Shown: positions 11,704 to 25,899, counted from the first letter of the whole stretch. The stretch: 54,808 nt of DNA, filler included, from Sluysia triapertura (GCA_046118255.1; 4 parts of 4 records of this genome joined end to end with filler, not necessarily neighbours in it), one strand, 5' to 3'. Notes: generated by a model from the letters alone, not told the origin. Translations and numbers: made by a program.

Positions 11704-13230
11704 AAGTTTTATGGTTTAGTAAAATGTTGTTGGGGATAATTGGTTTTGCGGTGAGTGTATATATGGAATGGTTTAAAGTTTATGTGGTTGATTGATGATT
11801 TAGGTGTAGTTAACCTGTGTTTCTGAGGCAATTGTTAGCATTGTTTAGATGTTATTATGTTTATGATTTATGAAGTTTATGCTATGATTATGAGTTGTTT
11901 GATAAAGTATTTCGTGAGTAGATATTATGAATTGTTTGGACTGGATGGTTGAGATATAAGTTGGTCTGTTAGTGTTTATGATGATGTATTTGTAGAATAA
12001 GATTATGGCTATTGAGAAAGTTGTATTTTAATAAAATTAGATTTGTAATTGTTAGGTTTAAGTTTTAAGTTATTGATGTAATTAAGAAAAAGTACGTTTC
12101 TGTGAATAACTTTTGAATGCAGAATGCTATTTTGAATTTGAAACTGTGTATATACTTGTTTCGAAAAGACATTTCGATGAAGCTATGGTTTGACCGAGTT
12201 CATTCAAGGAAAGCCTTAATATTAAGCAAAGTCAAATTTTAATTAATTTTTAATTCTGGAATGTTGAATTTTTAATACTCAGAGTGATGCAAATATGAAG
12301 ATTCCTATGATAAGGAGAATCCATAAGTGAGTTTGAAATGTTTCAATAATGGTTCGTTTGAGAATAAGAACCTTAATGCATTTTTCATTAGAAAATTGGG
12401 TGTGAAAAATAGAAAATTAGTTAGATAATGAAAAGTGAAATTAAATTCATTATTTTTATGTATGTTAATAAGATTGTTGATTGTTATTTTAATGTGAGAA
12501 GTAATTTTAGTAAAAAGTAGATTGAGTAGAGTAAATGAAAATGATGGTTGATAATAAATCAAATGTTTGTGTTTTGTACATAACGAAGTTTGACTAACCA
12601 TACCATGTAATTGATTTGATCATTTGTGTGAGACAGTGTTTGATTATGAGACTTAGGAATGATTGGATGATGAGAAAATAAAAAAAAGGAATACCAAAAA
12701 TTTTACGACAACAAGAACACAACAGTAACAACGACAGTTAATAGTGCAAATGAGAAGACCTATGTTTTAAGTAATTTTTGAATTTATTTTATAATTAAAA
12801 GTAATATTATTTTGGGGGGATTTTATTAGAATAGTTTTTATTTTATGTTGTTTTTGGGAAATTTATATTTGATTATTATTAAGAAATAATCGTGAATAAT
12901 AATAAATATTTTACTTAATGTTTGTCGCATTACTCCTGGTTTATTTAGTCAGTATTTTGAAATTCTTACATTTTCTATACATATTACAATCTTACGCACT
13001 TAAATTTTTATTACTAGTTTTTGTCGCATCTCTCCTAGTTTCTTTAGTTAGATTGTAGTATCCTTAATATTAGTATAAACAATATTGTTAATTTTGTCAT
13101 ATTAGCCATTTTTAGTATAGTTTAGTGGAGATTCATAATAATAATATGTGCTTTTTTAATAGTAAAATTATTATGTTGTTATTATTGATTCGATTTCCAA
13201 AAGCTTAATTTTGGGGTGAATAATTATTGA
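11704..13230 (-). repeat. Dispersed ~1.5-kb repeat with decayed ORF (copy A)
   Basis: Its reverse complement matches 40730-41430 (TTTGACTTTGCT.AATATTAAGGCTTTCCTTG.ATGAACTCGGTCAAACCATA) and 53500-54330 (CAATTACATGGTA.GGTT.GTC.AACTT). Confidence 0.85.
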
Positions 13231-16200
13231 TAATAAATAAGAGAATTTTTGAAAACTTAAATTTGATTTAAGAGTACTGGATTATTGAGATTCCTTTTTA
13301 TGCTAATTAAATTAATATTGATTTATAGTAATTGATAATTTGAAAGCACGCAACAAAATTGCAAAGATTTTACAAATTGACCAAGAAATTTGTATAGAAA
13401 TTCTATAGACTGGCCGACGAAATCGAGAAACACATATAATAATTCTTTTGCTTTCGGTAAGTAATAATTATTGTTATATGAGTACTTTCATTAGAATGAT
13501 TAAAACAATAAATTAATAAGTTCTTCAATTGTTAATATTATTGTAATATTATAATAAAAATTTAATCTATTTTTACGCAATAATTATAAATTTTGTATAA
13601 GTAAAAGTTCATCTTTTAGTCATTAATCTTGTAACATTATTAAAATTCATTTATTACATTGTTATTTAATTGTTTTCCCTACGAAAATATACACATATAC
13701 ATATACGACAATTTGTAATTAATAAATTTTAATAGATTAATTTAATTATTTTATTCGAGGGTAGAATTCTAAAAAGAAGATATCAATTAAATCTGAGCGT
13801 AATAGAAAATATCTTTAGCAACAAAAGAAAAAATCAAATTCAATTATGTTTGTTGAATAAATTAAAATTTAAAACAAAAGTTTATTTGTGCTTCTATTCC
13901 AGGTCATCGGAACGAGTATCCGAGCTCAAGTTTCATAAAAAATAAATCTAAAGCACAGACTATTTGTAAGAAAGAGAGATACAGAGTGATAAGATAAATA
14001 ATCATTATGAGACCTTAAACCACTATTAACGAATAATAATTTTATATAACAAAGGTAGTTTAAACTATCGTTGACCTATATTGATCAATTTACTAAAACT
14101 TTTTATTGAGTTCACATCGAAAAGTTTAATTGTCCACATATGTTGTAAGTATAGATAAGATACGTTAGTATGTAGAAAGTCAGAGTCGTTTTAACTTTAG
14201 TCAAGAACGGTTACTATGTATTGAATAGGATATTTTTCAAAAAAATTTAACAATAGATCTTTGGAATGAGAAGGTTTTCCTTAGCTGCTAACATCATTAT
14301 AAATTTTTTGATTTTTATGATTCTTATTTCAACGCTCCTTATAATGTTCAATGAATAAGGTTTTTCTTCATTTTATAGTTCTATGTGTTTCTCAGTTATT
14401 TTCTGACACAATTGGGCAATCCCAACATATATTCATATCGCTGCGTTATTTATTAGTCTTAAATAAATTTTGTTACAGACATCGATATCATACGCAATAT
14501 TTCAAATTTGAAAGTTCTCTTTTTTAAGCGATTAAAATATTACAGGTGCGTCTTTTTAAGGAGTCTAAACCGAATACTGTAAGCGAACCGGTAATATATA
14601 TTAATTTATTTTTCCCCAAGAGCAATAAAAAAATATAGCATAAATAAGATTAATCATATTTTAACTTCCTATTTTACATTTTGTTTGTTTATTTTTATTA
14701 CTTAAAATAAAAATATTAATTAAAAAGAAAAATTAAAAAGTAAAAATATAAATTAATTTTGTTCAAAATTAAACGTAAGTTTTTGTTTAAATTAATTAAT
14801 TTTAAGAAATAAAGAAAAAATTTAAATATTTTAGGAACAAAAGAAAAATATTAAATATAAAAGAAAAGAATTATTTAAATTTAGGAACAAAGGAAGCATA
14901 TTAAATATAATATTTTAGAAAAAAAGAACTAATTATTGAATAAAATAATTAAAAAGGTAAGTGATTAACATTTAGTATTCGATTAAGAATTCGAGTAAGA
15001 GAGACCAATTTACAATCTAAGTTTAAAAATCAAGTTAATTTTCAACATCCAAAGTTTCTTGAGATCCATGATGTCTTATAAAGTTTCAAAGTAATTTTTT
15101 ATTTATAGGTTTCACACGTATTCACCCCAAGCGGGAATACCAAAATCTCACTTAAAATCTTTTTTCATTTTTGTACCAACACCTTAAATAGGGTTGGGTC
15201 ATCTTAAATTAAAATTTCAATAATCAATCAAGAATTGAATTATTTTAACGTTCTATTATAATTACATCTGTCTACAGTTTATACAATAGTTTTTTTTATT
15301 AACATTGTACAGTATATTTTTTTGTTTGATAAGTTAATATAAAGTATTGAATCTTTTGACTAGTTACTTAGACCCTAAAATATTAGTTGATTCAAAGAGT
15401 CGTTCAACTCAATAAGTCGTTAATTAAAATTCTTATTTTGTAACACCTTAATAAAAGGGTTGTGGAATATATATAAGATAAAATATTCTTTTTCAATACA
15501 ACACCATAATAAAAGGGTTGTGTAATCTACTTTTCTCAATAAAAGGGTTGTGCAATTTAGTGAAATCTTAAATCTAAAAAGTTAGATTGAGCTTATTCAG
15601 TTGCATTTATCAGCTATTTAAGTTAATATAAATTTTAGTTATAAAATCCTAATAATACGTGGTATAAAGCGTATATATTACCGATCCCTCAGGTAATTTT
15701 CTGTTAAGTGAAAGATAATTATATAAAATACCAGCAATTATATAACAAGACACAAATACATAAATTAAATCATATTTCTTTGAATTAATCCTCGTGTTGA
15801 TATAAAAGAATAACGTTAACCAACATGTTAAGTTGTCATTACAACTACTTAAAATAATGTAAAATACCAATATAACACTTTAGAATCACTTTAAAATATT
15901 TATTTTCCAAAAAAGAAATTATTTGGAGAGAAAAGAAAATTTCTACAAAAGAAAATTCGTTTCTAAAATAGAATTGAAGATTATAGAATGTTCTTGAACA
16001 TTCCATCGATTCCTGTTGGCTGATAACTAGCATCAGTTTACTGAAAATCGCCATTTTGAAATACAAAATTTTAACTGCTATTTTTGATTTTGTTACATCG
16101 CCATTTTGGAGTTTTTTGAATTTCCTAATAATTTTTCACAATTAACAATAAATTCAGCACATTGGCAACATCCACCGAGCAAATCATTCAAAATTCTTCT

Positions 16201-16671
16201 ACAATTCTATGCTTCGGTAATCATTTACATTCAAGAGAATTTAATAATGAATGAATTGTAATAAAGTTTGAAACAAATTTGCAATTTATATTCAAGGTTT
16301 TAAACAATTTTAAACTAATTTTTGCAAAGTTAACCTTCTTAAAAATTTAATTTTATTGAATCTATCGAAATTAGCTACATAAATTTAAAATAAAATTGTT
16401 ACGAAACTAATTTCCACGATATTATTTATTGTATCCTTTATATCCTTATTTTTTTAATTTAAAATTATGAAAACAAAATAGAAATTATTAATTTAAATTA
16501 CACATTTAAATATGCATTCATAATTCATAAGCTAGTAGTTAAATTTTGAAAATAAAATATTGGGAGAAAAACTGTAAATAGAAAAAATTATCAAATAAAT
16601 ACATACATAAAATGCTCGTTTGAATTACATTTTAACCAATAACTTTCAAATGGATATTTATAGCTATATAT

Positions 16672-16737
16672 GTCAGTATTTTGAAATTATTGCATTTTCT
16701 ATACATATTACAATCTTAAACACTTAAATTTTTATTA
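16672..16737. repeat. Short direct duplication of about 12948-13013
   Basis: GTCAGTATTTTGAAATT.TT.CATTTTCTATACATATTACAATCTTA..CACTTAAATTTTTATTA at both sites. Confidence 0.85.
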
Positions 16738-19700
16738 TTTTTTTCTAGATTTAAGGCCTGTCATAATAAAGAAAAAATCAAATTTCTCTTGAAGCGCGTT
16801 AAGTAGTAGGTAAAGTTTAGTAACATTAAAATTAAATATCATTGCACTATCCAACATAAAGTAAAACTTATGTCAGTTACTAAAAAAATTTTCCAATACT
16901 TTGAGGTACAATGTTTGTGTGCGTATAATGTGTTTTGAGTGCAGTTAGCAGAGATTCACAAAGATTTCTGTAAACATAGCTTCATTCTTCTAGACCTATC
17001 AAACTCATACCTATTTTTATCGCGTGATTCTTTAAATGTACTGTTTAAAAATCGTTTTTCTACATGTTAAAAGAATAAAATTTCCAGAAAATGATCTACG
17101 ACACTTAGTAATAAAATTGTTAAGTGAACTTATTAAGATCGTAACTCTATCTATTGATTTATTTGAAATGTTTTATAAAACTTCATAAATATTTTTAAGA
17201 AAAACTTGAACTGCAATTGAACTTAAGATTAATCTATCACAAAAAGTATTAAATACAATTAAGTAATAATTGTTGAAGCCGAGAAGAGATATAATGCGAT
17301 CAATAACCTAAAATAATATAAAATAACAACGATGACAATCCAGTAACCTAGTTAATATAAACAAATAAATAAACATGAATATCATCAATAAATAATATAT
17401 TATTAAAAAACTGCGAATAGGAAAACAGTATCTAAACGTCTACCTACCTGTAAAAACATACAAATAAATCAATAATAACTCAGAATAATAAAATTTTTTA
17501 TTATTAGTTTGTTTAGAAGAATTTGCAGTAATTTAACCATAAACGGAATTTTGTGTTTTTGGTAAATGCTATTGATGCCATTAAGAAAGTTTTGGAATTT
17601 TATGAAACTAGTGTGAAATAAACTAAACTTGGAAAGATCAGTTGCGAAAGAGATTACAGATATTAGTTTTTTGATCATTTATACTGGTCAGAGTATTGGA
17701 TCTTATTTCTTTGTAATAGAAGGTAAGTTCGATCTTTACATTGTTAAAATAACACGCTATTAATCCAATTCAATGAGTACTGAATATGAGCCATAGAATA
17801 CCTTTACTAAATTTATTACCTCTCTTTGAACTCAATATCGTAATCTTATGGGGTTCATATCTTGTTAATTATGTTGGAAATTTCATTTTAATGAGTTTGT
17901 GAATTTTCTTATTGATTATTACAGCACTGTATTTAAATGAATGTTAGAGTTAAACTTAATTATTAGGTTGTAACAAGTTTATCAGATTAAGTCCTATTTT
18001 GGTTACAAGCGCAATAAATAGTCCGAATATTATAAAGTATAGGATTGTTTCATTAAATTGAAAATTTTAAGATTATTTTCCTGATGTCTATTAATATTTG
18101 ATTTAATTCCAAACTTAAACTATTAATTGACTTCAGTCGGGAAATAATCGAAATCCATTAAATCATTACTTTATATTAAAATAAAAATGATTCTCTGTCG
18201 AATCGACCTTATAAATTGTTTGCGATTTGAATCTTTCAAGAAAGTAATTTATGAAAATGTAACATAATTATATTACTTATTTTAAAATTTAGTTTAAGAC
18301 TTAAAATTATAAACAGTAGATGATTAAATATAGCAATAATGAAAAATACATTTGGAAACTTGATGATTTACGCATTTGTGTATTAATTCCTGTTTTTGTT
18401 TCAATAGCTTCAGAATCAAATATTAATACAAAACCAACAATTTTGCATTTTTGAAAACATTATGAATATTTTTAAAAGCAATATCAGACAGAATGCTAGA
18501 TGTGTATGTTCGTGCTATAATTCATACATTTATTGAAATAATCAAAGTGATATTTCAAGTAGAAAATATTTTAATTTAATTTAAACAAATTCACTAATTA
18601 AAATATTTTGATACTCAATCATTCTTTATTAATTATATCTTATAATTATTTCATAAATTTTGTCAAATAACCGAAATAAATTGACCATTTATATTAATCA
18701 TGGATTTTTACTCAATTAATTATGATTCGGACCTCCTCCTTTTGAACAATAGTGACATACTATTTTTTCATGGCATTAAGTATTTAAGACTTAATGACCA
18801 TCATTGCGATACTTTTCATTGGTGTATTAATTTCCGTTGTTATAGTTAGAATTACGTTTCATTTAAACACTACGTCATTTATTGTCGAATTCCTCTAATG
18901 TCTAGTTCTCTAGACTCTAAAATGTTTCTTGAAGTATTTATTAACTTTTATCAGTACAGTCATGATGCAATGAAAAACCTGCATTATTTGCTCTAGATAA
19001 AAAATTCAATTTAAAGAAATTCAATTAAATAAAACATTTTTGAAATACTTAGATTGCAAATAAAAATAAATAATTATTTTTACATCACGCATTCGAAATT
19101 CTCAGCGGTCCATTGATTATATTAAAGTGCCTGTAATCATGACCAAGTTAATTTTTAGAACGAAAAGAAATAAAATATATCTATAGTACTAGACACAAAA
19201 GATTAAAGACAAGATGAAATTTAAATAAACATTTTGTTTTTAATTTGCAAACTAAAAATCAAATCTATATTTTTTAATTATTAATAACCCTCCTCAATCT
19301 AGTAAAAAATTATTTCATTAAATATAAAATATTCAACACAGCCTAAATGTTTATTCAATTAAATTAATTTAACATTATGGTTTATTACTATCATAAATTA
19401 GAAATACCAATTTTTAATTACAAATACTAAGTTTTCAATTACTATTCTTTTATGTCGCAATTATAATGATTTTTCTCATTTTTACTGTATCGTCTTTACT
19501 CGAGTCTAAGCTGCACTTCATTTTTTGCAATGTGACTTTTATTCTTATAGATAAAAAACGATCATTTTGTACCTACCATAATTTTCAAGTACAATAAAAT
19601 AGAAAAATATATTGAGCATGAAATATCCACCATGTATACAATATTTCATAAAAAGTAATCGTCAATATAAAATATTGTACTCAATGTAACTGTTAACTCG

Positions 19701-20424
19701 TTCACTCTCATAGTGCGCCTCTATTTATAAATTTCAAAAGGATTAAAATTACCGAGGCCGCTTATTTTAAGTTAATCAGTTCGAATAATTTATTAACAGG
19801 TAAAATGCTTTCAAATTATTCATCATTTCAAAACACAAATCAAAGTCTTGTGATAGACCAATCACTCTATATTAATCCTAATTTTAAATATTCCACTTGT
19901 ATTTACCAATAATTAACGAATTTGCTTACATTTCCCATATTTTTCGATTTATTACATTTAAGAGTTAAACCAAAGATATAATTTAAAGAAATAAAACTGT
20001 AAAGTATTAAACAATAAAATGTCAGAAACAAAATTCAACACTCTTATTTTTATATCCGTCTTAAAGAGCAATGTGTATCTGTTTTAAATATTCTACAAAT
20101 AACATTGTTACAGTATTAAATATTTTCAAACTGACAAAGTTAAGAAAGCATATTTGAATTTTGTTTTAGATTGCTAAACTCTATACCTTGATATTATCAA
20201 ATACTAAATATACGAATAGCAACACCAAAATTGTTTTCAAATAAATTACCAATTTTCTTAGTATAGTTAAAAATAAAAAATACTACACCATATTACAAAA
20301 AATACGAATATTCGTTGAAAATATTTTCTGGATAATATAAATATTGTGCTTCGTAACTGTAGTGAATTTTCAATATCGAAATAACGCATATAAATAATCA
20401 AGTGATCATTAATCATTAGTGAGA

Positions 20425-21060
20425 TTAGTCGAGCTTTTTAAGCGATACAATATCTGTAGTTGGAAAATCGTCTATATTACTCGATTGATGAGAATGTTGA
20501 CACTGTGGCGATTCAAATCGAATTGAATTTGATCGAGTATACTTACAAGATCGAGTTTCAATGGAATCACTTTGATCAAGAAAGAGATCAAGAATATTAC
20601 GATCTTTTATTCGTTGTTCGAGATAATTGTAGGAAAATGCTTCATCTGGATTCGACACACTGATAACAACATTTAATTTATCTTGGAAGTCGTAATTAGT
20701 ATCAGAAAATTCGCTTCTATCTCCAGCTGCATTCATACAATTAATTGCACATTTTACAACATCGGTTTTTAGAGGACTGTCCATTTTATTTTCGTTCTGA
20801 AATACATCGTTTTCAATTTTATTTAAAAGTGCAGTAGAAATGTTAGGAGGTTGCACATTTTTGGCTATTGACTTATCCTGTTCAATGTCGTCATAGCTAT
20901 AAAAACGGAATATCAGCAAATCAGCCAACAGAGTCAAGAGTTTACCATGAATTAAAATAAGAATAGTTTGATGACCTAGTGCATACTTTCTGTAATGGAT
21001 ACCATTGAAAGGATCCGATATAGCGGGACATAAAATATTATCCAGATTTATCAATGTTTT
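20425..21060 (-). CDS. TMEM164: TMEM164-family membrane protein, terminal exon with long polar C-terminal extension
   Basis: Acceptor TTTACAG ends at 21061 on the - strand. [38 protein letters not shown] matches the TMEM164 C-terminal motif [27 protein letters not shown]...HGKL. Upstream exons not located. Confidence 0.85.
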   Translation of the reverse strand, partial: KTLINLDNILCPAISDPFNGIHYRKYALGHQTILILIHGKLLTLLADLLIFRFYSYDDIEQDKSIAKNVQPPNISTALLNKIENDVFQNENKMDSPLKTDVVKCAINCMNAAGDRSEFSDTNYDFQDKLNVVISVSNPDEAFSYNYLEQRIKDRNILDLFLDQSDSIETRSCKYTRSNSIRFESPQCQHSHQSSNIDDFPTTDIVSLKKLD

Positions 21061-22361
21061 CTGTAAATATAGTGCAAATAAAATGTTGCATAATTTTTAT
21101 AGCATATATAGTAAATGAATACATTTCAATTTCAATAATAAAAATATAAATTCTTATATTTTATTATTTTCAAATTCATAAACTATTACCAAATAAAAAA
21201 AATACGTTAAATTTTAAAAGCAGAAAAAAACTGGAAACTTTAGAGCATGAGTGATAAACCTTATACTAAATTTTAAACTAGAAGTTATAATTTCAGACAT
21301 CAATATATTGGATAATGTTTTTCAAAATCTATAGGTTCTTAAAAAACCTATTTATTAAATTTAAATGTTAAATCCTTAAAATATTCACATATTCATTCAT
21401 ATTAATTTATTTTCTTGCTATTTGTTTTGTTAGTTTATACTAATTAGTATTTAATTCCCTTTTTAATAAAGTTATAGGTTTCTTCCGATGATAATACTTG
21501 ATTCTTAATCTGTTGACTTGCCAATTAAGTATTGCACATTCTGACTTATGGTTATTTTCTTTTATTTTTGAGTTTAGGACATCGTATAATGAAGTTCTAA
21601 GATTTTAAGATTTATTTTTACTTAAATCTTTTTTATTTATTTAAAATTATATTTTTTATTGCATTTTTTATACTACAATCTCATTTTCATACTAGAACGT
21701 TATATAAGTAAACTGTCTTAATTACAAACTAACGTGGACTTCATTTCTTTTTAAACATGAAACAGTTTGCTAATTTTACAAAATGAACTCGGTTTTGCTA
21801 GTATTATTTAGGGAAATGTATAATATTATTGATACAAAAACTTTTTATCCTACTAATAAAAAATCTTAATCAGTTTCAACTCTACATATATATTCCTAAA
21901 AAAATCAAAAATCGAAAATAAAATGTTCATTATAAAATTCGAAAAGATAAAGCTAAAAAGCAAATATTCAAAAATTGAGTTATTGAAAAAACTTACAATT
22001 TATAAAAATTAAATGTTAATTTACAATTTAATGCTTTATTTAACAGGTTGACGGACAAGACGACTTAACGTGTTAAAATTTTATAAGAGAAATAAATTTC
22101 TTTATATAATTGTAATTAAATTATATCTTTTATTTATTGCTTCATTTCTAGATATTAGGATTAACTCAGCTGTTACACAAAATTATTTACGCTAGACTTA
22201 TAATGCTATGGTTGCAATATTTTAACGTTACATTGCAATGTCTTAACTTTAAATTATCCTGTAAGCAAACATCTTCTCTTACAGGTATTTCAAAGAATAA
22301 TAATTCAATGCTACAAATATTTCAGAAATATTTGTTCTTCGAAACTTTTTCAAGATCCAAC

Positions 22362-22446
22362 TGTTTTAGGTGGAGAGGATGGAATAGTGCAAATAGGTGA
22401 TTCAAAATGTATGAGAACCCTGAGGAAATATAATGTTGGATCGTAG
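22362..22446 (+). mobile_element. Merlin/IS1595 transposase remnant (first catalytic-Asp region)
   Basis: VLGGEDGIVQIGDSK...RKYNVG resembles Merlin IGG.G.IVEIDESK...RKYN.G. Confidence 0.7.
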
Positions 22447-22731
22447 GTCTACTTTGTAAAACCATAAAATTACATTTAATGACATTATAAACTATTTAAT
22501 TTGATTATATTTTAAATATTTTATTGTGTATCATTTGAATTTTGTAAATAACTTATTTATTTTGATATTTTAAATATTTTATTATGATTATAAAAATCAA
22601 GAATTATTAAGTTAAATATTATTTTCATAAAATAATTATAAAATAAAAATAAAAAATTTCTATATAAAGACAAATAAAAATGAAATTTGGTTAAAATATA
22701 TTAAATACATTAAATTATCAATGGAGTTTAA

Positions 22732-22934
22732 CCACTTAACGCATAAGCCCGAGTTAACTCGGGCAACTTTATTTTTCAATTTAAGTTAATGCACAAGCCC
22801 GAATTAACTCGGGAATGAATCTTAACTTAAATAACATATAAAAAGTAAGTTTATTTAATAGTATTACGTATTCTATAGTATAAAAAAGTCATCGTTTTTG
22901 ACGGTCTTGTCGAAAAAAACCATGCGTTAAGTGG
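22732..22934. mobile_element. piggyBac-like MITE (203 bp)
   Basis: TTAA on both sides; perfect 13-bp TIR CCACTTAACGCAT; two internal palindromes GCCCGA(G/A)TTAACTCGGG. Confidence 0.85.
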
Positions 22935-23570
22935 TTAATATGGCGAATCACACTATTATACATGTCAAAAATTCTGAATTTCACACAATTTTTAACATTC
23001 ACCAGTTTATGGATTTCAAGATAATTTCTTTGATGAAGTTTATTTCCATGAAGAAGTAATTTTTTTTAGTTTAAGTTTATCGCTCCAATTTTAATAAAAT
23101 AGGGTTTTTTAAAATACACTTAAAATACATTTATTTGTCCTAGACTGTAAAATTTGATTTTTTGATATATCTAAGCCTTAAGCTTAAGATATTAAAACTG
23201 TTATAGTTATTATACTTATTATTGTTTGTGAAGATTTTGTATCTTGTAAACTTTGTTAATAATACATTTTCTAGTGTTAAAAAAATTCTTTAAATTAAAA
23301 TATTGATTACCTGATTCAAAATATAAATTATTTGATTACAATGACAGACCGTAACAAGGCTGTCTTAACTTCCTTTGTTAATAAAAGCAGTGTTTTAAAT
23401 ACATCATTCTTCACTTCTTAAAATATCTTATAAGTATTTAGGATTATTTTTGTGTTGCATAAGATTAAGAAATCTAATTAGAACGTCTCCGATTAGGTAT
23501 AAAAGGTATCTAATTACACTCACAATTTATTTTGTAAGTGTAAGTTTAAATTTTTATAAGTATACGGAGT

Positions 23571-23907
23571 GGATGGGTTTTTGGTATCTATGATTTATCA
23601 ACCAAGAATGTACATTTTCAATCAGTTGAAAACAGAACCAAAAATATCATTTTTTCCATTATTCAATCAAAGGTAGCTCCTAACACAATAATGTGGATGG
23701 ATGAATTAGTCCAATGCGTTCTTCTAATAATCCTTCACCTTTAAGTTTACTGGGACCTTACAATCATCAATGGTCCAACCATTCTGAAAGCTTTATTGAT
23801 TTGAATGCAAATGCGATTGAGTGTTGTTGGAGTTTGTTCAAAAGAAAATTTAAATGTGAATATCTAAAATAATTCTTCCTTCATATTAGGATGAATTTAT
23901 GTGAAGA
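23571..23907 (+). mobile_element. Merlin/IS1595-family DDE transposase remnant
   Basis: GWVFGIYD...VENRTKNIIFSIIQSKVAPNTIMWMD...NHSESFID...NAIECCWSLFKR...DEFM*R follows the Merlin/IS1595 pattern WVFG..V.DR...I.PGT.I.SD...VNHS..FVD...IE..W...K...EF.WR. Confidence 0.85.
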
Positions 23908-24185
23908 TGTAATAGCAATATTTTATCAACACTGATTTTACATATTATTTAATATTTTGTATTTAACTAATTTATTTAATTTTTATTTTAATTAATTAAA
24001 TTGGCTCCCTCACCGATTTATTTGCTTTCCATCTACATTAGCTTCATTTATCCTAAAATGTCTATCTGCTTCTCTATTTCCATTTATTTCTGCACATTTT
24101 ATTATTTCCTATTTTTTCTTAACTGTACATTAGTTTCTTTTAGTCATTATTAAAACATCATGTATATCCTTAATTAATATCTTTT

Positions 24186-24357
24186 AAAAAATTTGAGAAT
24201 TCATTCTGCGACTGTGTTGCTGTGCCGAAATTAAAATTGAATATCACTTTAAATTTATTTATTAAAAAGTCATTAAAATATTATGTTGCTATTTAAAACA
24301 GATTAAAACAAAATTGTTTAATATTATATATTTAATTTAATTTAAATAAAAAAATTA

Positions 24358-24398
<41 letters not shown>

Positions 24399-24997
24399 TA
24401 AATTTTACTATTTATGTAGATATATTAATATATAGATAAATTAAAATCAATTAGAGTTTTATTTATGATAATAGGCTATGTTTAAATCATAGAATATGAT
24501 GAATCATTCAGTTTTTAATTAAGTACACGTTACTGATTAAAATGTAGTATTTATATAATCAAAATTAACTATTAACAAACTAATCATAAAAAGCATAAAA
24601 ATATGAATTTAATTTATACAAAAACAAGGTAGGCATTTATTTGATTATAATTTATTTATTATAAAGACTAAGTTACATTTTTATAAATATTTTACTACTA
24701 GATTCTTGTGATATTAGCCTAAAGATGAAATGTATAAATACAGTACAATTAATGCATGGAAGGAACAAGATTTACTGTGATGTTTGAAACGTATGAGCGA
24801 GGGTGTTTTATACCTGTCTTCTCTAGTCTAAGAAAAAAGAAATACATTTTATCAGATTTATTGATTACCAAAAGTTTAAATCTGTTTAAAATAGCAGCAT
24901 AATATTTTAATGACATTTTAATAAATTAATTTAAAGGGACATTCAAATTTAATTTTGGCACAGCAACGCAGTCGCAGAGTGAATTCTTAAATTTTTT
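24186..24997. repeat. Long inverted repeat (arms ~125 bp, spacer ~560 bp); foldback/MITE-like
   Basis: 24186-24310 is the near reverse complement of 24874-24997 (GAATTCATTCTGCGACTGTGTTGCTGTGCC vs GGCACAGCAACGCAGTCGCAGAGTGAATTC). Confidence 0.85.
24361..24395. repeat. (AT)n microsatellite; also (AAT)n at about 4351-4381 and (TTA)n at about 32840-32874
   Basis: Direct reading. Confidence 0.95.
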
Positions 24998-25030
24998 CGG
25001 TCATCTATTAATGTCAATTGATTTGTCCTA

Positions 25031-25101
25031 CCCTTTCGGGAGGGTATTTAGTGACTTATGGTTGTTAACGGTACAAATGTGTACTTATCGTACCGAAAGG
25101 G
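25031..25101. mobile_element. 71-bp piggyBac-like micro-element, degenerate
   Basis: CCCTTTCGG ... CCGAAAGGG ends; a related end CCTTTCGGTACG lies at about 31600. Confidence 0.5.
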
Positions 25102-25899
25102 TTGAAACACTAATACTAACTTGACCATTTATTTGTCGTAATTCAAAATCACCAACTTAATTCTATGCCTTTTTTTAACTCTAAACATTGAATAAAAATA
25201 TATAAAATATACAAACATTAAATAAAAATAAAATTCAAATAAGTACTTAAATATTTCACGACTCAAAATATTATTATTTTTAAATCTTTAATGTAATTAT
25301 TTTAAAACAATATCGTGCAAAATATTTTCAGCTCATAAATGACAGTTTTTATTTCATTTTACAAACCATCATCATAAATAAAATTAAACTTTACAATCTG
25401 ATAAATAAAATTTATAAAATATATTTAAGAATATTGACAATCTCAAAATTAAAAACAAAGTTCAAATTCGCATATAAATAAAAAACTTAATATTTGATAT
25501 CAAGTAACAAAAATAATGTAAATTTAATTTTTTATGATTCGAATACTAAAAAATCTAAGATACATTAAATTATTTTTAAATAATCTTATTGTTTCATTTG
25601 TTCAACTTAATATTCGATCATGTTTAGGTTTTTTTCGCGCGGTCTTAGTGAAAGCACCGATTGTTGTTTCTCTTTAGAAGACTCACAGCTCTGTGGAGTG
25701 AGACGCACAGTGTAGAGCGAGTGAAACGCTAAGTTAGGCGCGTACTATGGAGTGAATGAGACATAAAATAATCCGAGATCAAGCTAAAGCAGTTTTAGAC
25801 CGACGATATTAGTTATATTAATAATATATTTTTGTAATTTTTTTCATGTCAAAATTATATCAATCATACTGTTTTTTTACAATTTTTGAAATTTATTGC

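Noticed and set aside
15448-15552. Three spaced AATAAAAGGGTTGTG repeats as a CRISPR-like array
   Set aside because: Only 15 bp with irregular spacing, eukaryotic context and no cas genes; a local duplication.
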